Positions 57,534-64,000 of a stretch of 64,000 nucleotides of DNA are shown here, piece after piece. The stretch lies in the sequence record PP919962.1. The stretch is one strand, 5' to 3'. A model generated the notes under the pieces. It did not search any database, had not been told where the DNA came from, and saw only the letters and a list, made by a program, of their open reading frames with translations. Position numbers and translations under genes: made by a program. Source of the stretch: Klebsiella phage KP2025. Numbering within the stretch: position 1 is the stretch's first letter; the number at the start of each line of letters is the position of its first letter.

Positions 57534-57874
57534 TCAACCTCCTCAAAATCCCAAAGATTTCCGTTTAATGGGCAACCATAGGCACCAACAAAGCCCGCTT
57601 CATTTGTCATCATGTAATCTCCATCTTCATCGTAACCTAGGATAGTATATTCGTTGCCTTTAATAAAGGCATGACTACGGGAGTCATCACGAGTACATCT
57701 TAAAGTAGACCCAATTGGAATTACTCTAGTTTCTTTATTTTCTACATGATTCATAATTCTCTCCTCACTTCTACATGTCGCCAGGTGGCAAGATAATGTT
57801 CTTAAGAGCCACTTGCGCCGGACTAAGATTTGTGTACAGACAAACTGGCTCGCTGTCCCAACCCATTCTCCCAT
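57530..57874 (-). CDS. small protein, paralog family member 1 (shared VRC...W.FE.VE core)
   Basis: IGSTLRCTRDDS...GNLWDFEEVE aligns with the 58601 and 59109 ORFs. Confidence 0.35.
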   Translation of the reverse strand: MGEWVGTASQFVCTQILVRRKWLLRTLSCHLATCRSEERIMNHVENKETRVIPIGSTLRCTRDDSRSHAFIKGNEYTILGYDEDGDYMMTNEAGFVGAYGCPLNGNLWDFEEVE

Positions 57875-57886
57875 ACAGGGAGTATT

Positions 57887-58582
57887 TTACTTGTTTTGCT
57901 TGCGCCATTGGTACACTCCAAACAGAGAGTTAAGCAGATATGCAACCCACATCGCCAACACTGCCGCTCCTCCGCCCTCGTGGTGCATGGTAGCCTGAAT
58001 CCACATGACGACGGCTACAATGTTTACCAACACCCAGGCGTACCATTGCTCCGCATAGCGGTACATCATCAGAGTTGTAGCCAGGATGGACAGAATCGCT
58101 GTAGCGGAGTCTAACCCAGGTATACTACCTTTCAGTTCAGCTACGAAGAGAGCATACACCCCAATCGCTACCAGCGTACCAATTGTTACCCAAACACGTT
58201 GTTTGGTGGTAAGCCATTTCTTTTCAACATCGGCACGATCCCCGTTTACGTTGAGTTTGCGACTCCAAACGACAGCACCCCAAAACTGCATCGGAAGGAA
58301 GACCAGTGTGTACATGATCGCTTCTCCGAAGAGTTGGTACTTATAGGAGATCCATGCGTACAGTGCGGTGGCTATTACGCCCCACCAGTAGCTGGAGATT
58401 TTACCCTTGGCTACCAGAATTGCACCGACGATACCTGTTACAGAGGAGATAAACTCCAGAGCAGAACTTTTCATCAGGATTGAGGTTGCAGCGATAGCCG
58501 CCGTACAAACGAACAGCCATACATACTCTAACTTTGTCCACCCGTAGAAATCTGTCCAGGTTGATTTAACGTATAAATTCAT
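57887..58582 (-). CDS. pnuC: nicotinamide riboside transporter PnuC-like membrane protein
   Basis: 231 aa, about 7-8 TM helices, Trp-rich; size/topology of PnuC; adjacent to NadR-like gene. Confidence 0.45.
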   Translation of the reverse strand: MNLYVKSTWTDFYGWTKLEYVWLFVCTAAIAATSILMKSSALEFISSVTGIVGAILVAKGKISSYWWGVIATALYAWISYKYQLFGEAIMYTLVFLPMQFWGAVVWSRKLNVNGDRADVEKKWLTTKQRVWVTIGTLVAIGVYALFVAELKGSIPGLDSATAILSILATTLMMYRYAEQWYAWVLVNIVAVVMWIQATMHHEGGGAAVLAMWVAYLLNSLFGVYQWRKQNK

Positions 58583-58600
58583 GTTTACCTCCTCGTAAGG

Positions 58601-58915
58601 TTAGTCTTTTTTCGTGCGCCCTTGCGCTAAACCTTCCAGTGCTTCTTCGCGAGTCATTACGCGACCAGCCGCTACGTCAGCTTGGGAGAGTTCCAGCAGT
58701 TTGATTAGAGCCTCAGTTTGCTCATCTTCATCAACTGGTTCAAAGCCCCAAATAGCCCCATCCATCGGGATAGGAATAGGATCAAGATCGCCTTGGTTAT
58801 CACGCAACAGCATACCATTTACCCCTGCCAACCCTTCCACTTCGTAGAGAGTACCTACAGAGTAGAGTGATTCGCTATCACTACGAATACATCTTACACG
58901 AGTACCGATTTTCAT
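58601..58915 (-). CDS. small protein, paralog family member 2
   Basis: IGTRVRCIRSDS...GAIWGFEPVDE. Confidence 0.35.
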   Translation of the reverse strand: MKIGTRVRCIRSDSESLYSVGTLYEVEGLAGVNGMLLRDNQGDLDPIPIPMDGAIWGFEPVDEDEQTEALIKLLELSQADVAAGRVMTREEALEGLAQGRTKKD

Positions 58916-59108
58916 GCAACCCCCTTAGAGTCTTTCGAATTCAATTTTGGCAAGGTGCATCTCTTTAACAGGAACAAACCCGTTGTAACCGTCAACAATC
59001 CACTCTTTACCATGTCTAACAACAATTTCATATTCACGCAGTTCCAGTTTAGGTACTGCTCGTTCTGTAGCCACCACTTTAAGACGTTTTCCAGACATTG
59101 TCAACTCC

Positions 59109-59333
59109 TTACTCTACGATCTCCCAAACACCAAACAAGCATTCTGGATACAAAGCATAAATCTTAACGCCACGATCATTGGTAAGAATCATACCATTTT
59201 CCCCCACAGTACCACCAAAAACAATATCAGGATCACCAGATCCAGCTTCAACAGTATACAAACGGTCTTCTGTAATATAATCAAACCGGGATTGAACACA
59301 ACGTACAACATTACCTTTCTTCATTACTCGCAT
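59109..59333 (-). CDS. small protein, paralog family member 3
   Basis: KKGNVVRCVQSRF...CLFGVWEIVE. Confidence 0.35.
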   Translation of the reverse strand: MRVMKKGNVVRCVQSRFDYITEDRLYTVEAGSGDPDIVFGGTVGENGMILTNDRGVKIYALYPECLFGVWEIVE

Positions 59334-59334
59334 A

Positions 59335-60402
59335 TTAATTCTCCTCTAAGAGCTTGTCAATGGCTTTGATAGCCTGATTGATACGATTTTCATAGTCCGT
59401 ACCAGTAATATGTACTACCGGAACGTCACGGTATAGGTCATGCACCATGTCCCACAATAAAGTGTTAGTGTACTCTCGCTTACTATCTGTATCTTGCAGA
59501 CGGAGAGGATCAGCCACCCATTCCACTTCTGGGGAAAGGTATAACACCATATCATAGAAGTTATGAGCTTCTTCAACAGCTAACGACATAAACATACCAT
59601 CATTATAGCCCACTTTACCAGCACAAATTGCAGAAAAATGCGTTATAAGATTGGTTGTATCTGAAATATGCACCACATGTGCCTGATTTGAGTTACTAAA
59701 TTCCTCAATACGATGGATCATAGCAATCTTAAGATATGCTTCACGATCCATTAAAAATTCACTGCCATTGTACATCTGTTCGCAAATATGCCGCCCTACT
59801 TCGGGTGTTGATGTTGTTCCATAGTGTTGTGCTAGAAGCTCAGTCATAGTGGATTTGCCAGTGCTCTCAACACCAATGATAGCTACACGTTTTACAAAAC
59901 GAGGACGAGCTTGATCTGACAGATAATCGAAGTTGTCGCGTAGATTAGTACGAATACGTGTTGCAGAGATATCCACTCCTGTACGCTCTGCATCCAACAC
60001 AACATGCTCCACCTCCGGGAAATGCTCAGAGAAGTATTCAGTATACTCCGGCTCAGAAGAGAAAGCATGAGTGAGGATCTCACCTTCTGGGATTTTAGCA
60101 CGAATCAACTCGGCATAAGCCTTACCACCTTCTGGATAGCCAGGGATATTAGACTCATCAACATAATCTACAATCACTCTGTGTTGTAATCCTGAATCTT
60201 GAATTAAAGATTTAAGATCCAATAAACGCTGGGTTAAACCAAGACGGTCTTGCATCCAAGGTGTTTGAGTGTTGTTAAACTTCTGGTCAAACGACAGAAA
60301 CAGGTATAGCCGATCAATACCTGAATCTACAGCCATACGAATGAAGTTGACGTGTCCTGCTGTTAGTGGTGCAAATTTACCGAAAATTAAGCCTACGTTC
60401 AT
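59335..60402 (-). CDS. nadR: NadR-type bifunctional NMN adenylyltransferase / ribosylnicotinamide kinase (no HTH domain)
   Basis: NMNAT motif IFGKFAPLTAGH (GxFxPxHxGH) and ISATRIR; C-terminal kinase P-loop GVESTGKST. Confidence 0.65.
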   Translation of the reverse strand: MNVGLIFGKFAPLTAGHVNFIRMAVDSGIDRLYLFLSFDQKFNNTQTPWMQDRLGLTQRLLDLKSLIQDSGLQHRVIVDYVDESNIPGYPEGGKAYAELIRAKIPEGEILTHAFSSEPEYTEYFSEHFPEVEHVVLDAERTGVDISATRIRTNLRDNFDYLSDQARPRFVKRVAIIGVESTGKSTMTELLAQHYGTTSTPEVGRHICEQMYNGSEFLMDREAYLKIAMIHRIEEFSNSNQAHVVHISDTTNLITHFSAICAGKVGYNDGMFMSLAVEEAHNFYDMVLYLSPEVEWVADPLRLQDTDSKREYTNTLLWDMVHDLYRDVPVVHITGTDYENRINQAIKAIDKLLEEN

Positions 60403-60419
60403 GGGATCTCCTTTATTAA

Positions 60420-60872
60420 TCAGTCTTCATCGGAACTGTCTTCGACTGAGAAGACAATTTCCACACCATGCTCTTTCAAGATTTGGTTAACAATGCCAAC
60501 AGTAAGTTCAGCGATTTCCATGCCATCCATCATATAATCAAAATCTTCTTGGCACAAGCTAATTGTGAAGTCCATCGGAGCTTTAGTAACATTAGCAGAA
60601 GGATATGCAATACATCCGTCAGCTAAACCCACTACAGCGCCATCAACAACAACCAACAAAGCTTCAAGGTGGTCATCTGCCAGCGGAAGATATAAATTTT
60701 GATGTAATGGGGTTTGCAAGTAACCCATGAAAGATACACATGTCCAGTAACGTTTTGTATATCTTTGACCAGGATCAGAATGGTACATATTGATCAGCCC
60801 ATCGGCGTCCTGACTGACGAACTTAACATCAGGTGGGAACACTGTATCCTGTAACATCTCAAATAATTTCAT
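60420..60872 (-). CDS. hypothetical acidic protein
   Basis: 150-aa ORF. Confidence 0.25.
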   Translation of the reverse strand: MKLFEMLQDTVFPPDVKFVSQDADGLINMYHSDPGQRYTKRYWTCVSFMGYLQTPLHQNLYLPLADDHLEALLVVVDGAVVGLADGCIAYPSANVTKAPMDFTISLCQEDFDYMMDGMEIAELTVGIVNQILKEHGVEIVFSVEDSSDED

Positions 60873-60881
60873 ATTTTCTCC

Positions 60882-61082
60882 TTATACAATATTTACATCA
60901 TAAGTTTGCATAATATAACTAGCCAAGAACAATGCTTGCTCCTTGGTAAGGGCCATAGACTCATATTCCCAATTCTCCACTCCTTGCCTCTCCAGTAACA
61001 CCATATCATCGTACACAGTGAGTTCATACTTACGATCACAGGTAGCTGAGGGATTTTTAGGTAACATAACATTTACAAACAT
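60882..61082 (-). CDS. hypothetical small protein
   Basis: 66-aa ORF. Confidence 0.25.
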   Translation of the reverse strand: MFVNVMLPKNPSATCDRKYELTVYDDMVLLERQGVENWEYESMALTKEQALFLASYIMQTYDVNIV

Positions 61083-61142
61083 GATATTAATCCTTCTTAT
61101 AGTTAATTAATTGGGTACTTAGGTATGTAGTTTGTTTTACAC

Positions 61143-61220
61143 TTACAATGATACACCTCTAGGTAGGATAATCAAGGAAATAATAGTAAATCGTATAACT
61201 ACTATGGACATAGTATCCAT
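61143..61220 (-). CDS. 25-aa hydrophobic micro-ORF (MDTMSIVVIRFTIISLIILPRGVSL) with near-perfect SD
   Basis: taggaggtattATG in the 291-bp non-coding gap; below ORF-track cutoff. Confidence 0.2.
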   Translation of the reverse strand: MDTMSIVVIRFTIISLIILPRGVSL

Positions 61221-61373
61221 AATACCTCCTATAAAAGAAAAGCTATCCGTCCCTTCCTATCTAACGATAGTCAGGAACGAATAGCTACAGAATCTCCCCT
61301 CGCTTCGCTCGGCACCTTGTAGGGTTAGGGTAGCATATTTTTCAGCGAAAGTCAATATCCCTGAGACATTTAT

Positions 61374-61649
61374 TTAAGGCAGTGGGAAGTAAATTGTATT
61401 GGACTCGTAATCGTAGTAGTATTGTACTCCAGTTTCACGAGATACACGTAGCGCCAGCTTAGCTCCTGCAATCAGTTTGTCCATTTCAGCAATCTCTTTA
61501 CGGAAGCGTGTTACGGTGTGAGAGAAAGCGCTGTGACTCACCCATTCACGATTTACACGATCACGTTTGAAGTGACGAAAATCTTCGATGACATCGTTGC
61601 GTTGTTTACGTAGTACCGCCACCAAGTAGTGGTATGGATGTTTTTTCAT
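61374..61649 (-). CDS. hypothetical protein
   Basis: 91-aa ORF. Confidence 0.25.
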   Translation of the reverse strand: MKKHPYHYLVAVLRKQRNDVIEDFRHFKRDRVNREWVSHSAFSHTVTRFRKEIAEMDKLIAGAKLALRVSRETGVQYYYDYESNTIYFPLP

Positions 61650-61660
61650 TATTTTCCTCC

Positions 61661-61939
61661 TTACTTAGGGAACACAGAGCCAGGGTTAGCTTCTTCCATT
61701 TGTAGAATCCGTTCACACATACTATACACCTCTCCGTATGTGATCTTGGTTATGCCTGTGTCGTCACAAATCATTTCACACAGTTTATTAATATCTATGC
61801 CACCGAAACGCTGCTCGGATTTACACATCTCTTCACCTTCTTTCCAGTCAACTGGAGACGGAAGGAGAATCAGTTTCCCATTAATCAGTTCAACTAGGTA
61901 ATCTGTAATATTTTCGCGCGGGGTATATTGTTCAGTCAT
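61661..61939 (-). CDS. hypothetical protein
   Basis: 92-aa ORF. Confidence 0.25.
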   Translation of the reverse strand: MTEQYTPRENITDYLVELINGKLILLPSPVDWKEGEEMCKSEQRFGGIDINKLCEMICDDTGITKITYGEVYSMCERILQMEEANPGSVFPK

Positions 61940-61943
61940 TTTC

Positions 61944-62372
61944 TTATCCTTTCATAAATTGTTCTGCACGATCAAACCAGATAGTACAATGCTTATCAGT
62001 GGCATTCATTAAAGCATCAATAGCTTCTGCTGTCAACTCCACCGGAGTAAATTCATTTGGTCGAGCATAATACAAACCGTAAGCGTTTGAGTTACCTTCT
62101 TCAAAATGTTTCTGACGCTCTTTCAGGTCTTCAATGGTAAATCCTACCATGTATCCATCCTGTTTACAACCCCACCCAGCCTCTGATTCAATAACATTGA
62201 TATAGAAGCCATAACGACGCTCTGTAACGCCCTCTGGCGGGTTTTTAACAGAAGCCGCACCGTTTTCCCAACCTTCTTTAAAAATCGCATACAGTGAGTT
62301 ACGGAGGCTCTGGTTCATGCTTGGTGCATTCGGGTGAAGTTCTTCAAATTTGGCACGGATCACATCAGTCAT
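61944..62372 (-). CDS. hypothetical protein
   Basis: 142-aa ORF. Confidence 0.25.
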   Translation of the reverse strand: MTDVIRAKFEELHPNAPSMNQSLRNSLYAIFKEGWENGAASVKNPPEGVTERRYGFYINVIESEAGWGCKQDGYMVGFTIEDLKERQKHFEEGNSNAYGLYYARPNEFTPVELTAEAIDALMNATDKHCTIWFDRAEQFMKG

Positions 62373-62518
62373 AAAAACCCCCTATTCTAAGAGTGATAGA
62401 AGTAAGCAAACAACCTGGCAGCCCAAGAAGATGAGTCCCAAGCCAGGGTTATTGAATAGCCAAACAGCAATATTACATGCAACCATGAACATCAGGTTCA
62501 TTCCAAAGAAGACGGACA

Positions 62519-62845
62519 TTAAACACCTCCTTTTGGGATATACTCAGGCATAGGCATGTATGCTACCACTGGTTCCAGGTCAAAGTAGAAGTGACCATTG
62601 ATCACTGCAAACTTCCCACTACCACCTTGGGCCACTTCACAAACACCATATTCACCATCAGCCATGATGACAATCCAGTTGCCAAACGGCATGTTGTCGA
62701 TGCCGTCTACATCAATCCAAGGATGTTGTAAACTGTAAATTTTGTTTACGACCTCTGAGAAGTCTGGATCATACAAACCGAGGTCATGTGCAATGTTCAA
62801 CAACATTTCTTTGTACAGTTCTTCACGTACCATAGATTCAGCCAT
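62519..62845 (-). CDS. hypothetical protein
   Basis: 108-aa ORF. Confidence 0.25.
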   Translation of the reverse strand: MAESMVREELYKEMLLNIAHDLGLYDPDFSEVVNKIYSLQHPWIDVDGIDNMPFGNWIVIMADGEYGVCEVAQGGSGKFAVINGHFYFDLEPVVAYMPMPEYIPKGGV

Positions 62846-63246
62846 TAGCGTACTTCCAAGCTTGGGATTAAGGTTTGTGGAGCAAAGATAACACGAGTGT
62901 GATCAACACTCACCTGAGCACCATCAATCTGCTCAATGAAATAGGTGGTGTCAGTAGATAGCCCCATGTAGTGTTTCTTCACAGAACCGTTCGCCTTATC
63001 ACGACAAGTGATGATTAGTGTACGATCAGTGCTACTGTTATCTTTCGCACAGTAACCTTCAATACGCATCAGCTCTTTGTCTGTACGAGTATTGATGAAG
63101 TGGGTAGAACGCAGCACTTCGAAGTTATCACCAGCGGTGGCGATGTTACGACTTGCAACGTCAGCAGCTTGTTCACAACCAGCTAAACCCAGGCATAAAG
63201 CAATCAGCAGAATCTTTTTCATTTTACTCTCCTTCTTTATTGACAA
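62845..63246 (-). CDS. lipoprotein
   Basis: signal peptide plus lipobox LAGC. Confidence 0.4.
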   Translation of the reverse strand: MSIKKESKMKKILLIALCLGLAGCEQAADVASRNIATAGDNFEVLRSTHFINTRTDKELMRIEGYCAKDNSSTDRTLIITCRDKANGSVKKHYMGLSTDTTYFIEQIDGAQVSVDHTRVIFAPQTLIPSLEVR

Positions 63247-63388
63247 TTTTGTAGTATGGAAGTTTCTTAATCAACTCTTCCGGTGTACCGCTTTCAGACC
63301 AAGTGAATCCACCATCTAGAGAAGCGTAGCCCTTGTTACCAATGTATTTGCGCATGATAGCACGAAACTGGTTCTGATAGATAGTCAT
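63239..63388 (-). CDS. small ORF (about 54 aa, MTIYQNQFRAIMRKY...), missed by cutoff
   Basis: SD ggagaa; stop overlaps SD of lipoprotein gene; N-terminus resembles the next small ORF. Confidence 0.25.
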
Positions 63389-63390
63389 AA

Positions 63391-63570
63391 TTACTTATTC
63401 TCCAATGTAACGGCTGGGGCTTCTACAACCTCAAAGATATTTGGATTATCTGAAAGATCACGCTCAGTAAACGTAGAGGGCCACCAAATTATTCCGTCTT
63501 TACTGTAAGACACTCCGCCCCTTCTTACCCTATAATACCGCAGGTTGTACTTGTTTCTATAGAGAGTCAT
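63391..63570 (-). CDS. small ORF (59 aa, MTLYRNKYNLRYYRVRRGG...), missed by cutoff
   Basis: ATGA overlap with upstream gene stop at 63567. Confidence 0.25.
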   Translation of the reverse strand: MTLYRNKYNLRYYRVRRGGVSYSKDGIIWWPSTFTERDLSDNPNIFEVVEAPAVTLENK

Positions 63571-63968
63571 TTTTTCTTCCTCTTCTGCAATTTGTTGTGA
63601 CCACGACCTTTCGTAATGCGGAAGTTATAGTTCTGCTTCTCACGAGCGACTCTGGCAGACCGTGGGATGCCTGAAAAACAATCCGTAGTTTTCATATTAT
63701 AACCTTGGTTTGCATAAAAAGAAACTACCCGCTCTTCCAAAGAACCAAAATCTGCGTGTAATGGCATACCAGACCCTGTAACTTTAGTCAAAGTATCCTG
63801 ATCTTCTGAAACCGAGTCAATTACCATCCAACCTTCATCCTGCCAATCGTAGCCACGATACCAGCCAGCCATCGGATAACCTTCTTCATCCCACAACTGC
63901 CCGTTCTCCATATAAAAGAACTCGTCATCGGTGAAGCGACGGTTCTTAACACGTTTACCTTCACGCAT
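63567..63968 (-). CDS. hypothetical basic protein
   Basis: 133-aa ORF, Trp/Tyr-rich, basic C-terminus. Confidence 0.25.
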   Translation of the reverse strand: MREGKRVKNRRFTDDEFFYMENGQLWDEEGYPMAGWYRGYDWQDEGWMVIDSVSEDQDTLTKVTGSGMPLHADFGSLEERVVSFYANQGYNMKTTDCFSGIPRSARVAREKQNYNFRITKGRGHNKLQKRKKK

Positions 63969-64000
63969 TGCTTCTTGAGCTTGAGTCCAGTTCAGATTGT

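Noticed and set aside
1-64000. tRNA genes or CRISPR arrays
   Set aside because: No T-loop-like GTTCRANYC contexts with cloverleaf potential were found in non-coding gaps; no direct-repeat/spacer arrays were seen.

Overview
This window looks like an internal segment of a large contractile-tailed (myovirus-type) bacteriophage genome. The host is probably a Gram-negative gamma-proteobacterium, judged from an E. coli-type SSB C-terminal tail 'DDDIPF', lipobox lipoproteins and sigma70-like promoters. Positions 1-26.4 kb on the + strand form a canonical structural module: portal, scaffold, decoration and major capsid proteins; head-tail connectors; tail sheath, tube, chaperones and tape measure; baseplate hub, spike, wedge and J-like proteins; and three tail fibres or spikes, the last with a C-terminal S74-type self-cleaving chaperone. 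A convergent bidirectional terminator lies at about 26.39 kb. Everything from 26.4 to 64 kb is on the - strand and is a replication, nucleotide-metabolism and accessory block. Its most notable contents are listed below.

- **Split polymerase.** A family-A DNA polymerase is split by an ORF-less group I intron; the R and S elements of the P7 core are visible.
- **Intein.** A UvrD-like SF1 helicase carries a 346-aa intein inserted exactly in helicase motif III.
- **Ter cluster.** A phage-borne Ter-type cluster (TerD, vWA/TerY-like, TelA-like and TerC, with a PRTase, a HAD phosphatase, a macro-domain protein and an AAA ATPase).
- **NAD+ salvage.** PnuC plus a NadR-type NMN adenylyltransferase/ribosylnicotinamide kinase, interleaved with three small paralogous proteins.
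- **Other accessory genes.** A T7 gp4-like primase-helicase, a CCA/poly(A)-polymerase-like nucleotidyltransferase, a GatB/YqeY-domain protein, two glycosyltransferases, a secreted SleB-like cell-wall hydrolase and a free-standing AP2-domain endonuclease.
- **Recurring hairpins.** GGGGCGAAAGCCCC hairpins act as - strand terminators or processing sites.

No tRNA genes or CRISPR arrays were recognised. All family assignments rest on motifs read by eye; no database search was possible.
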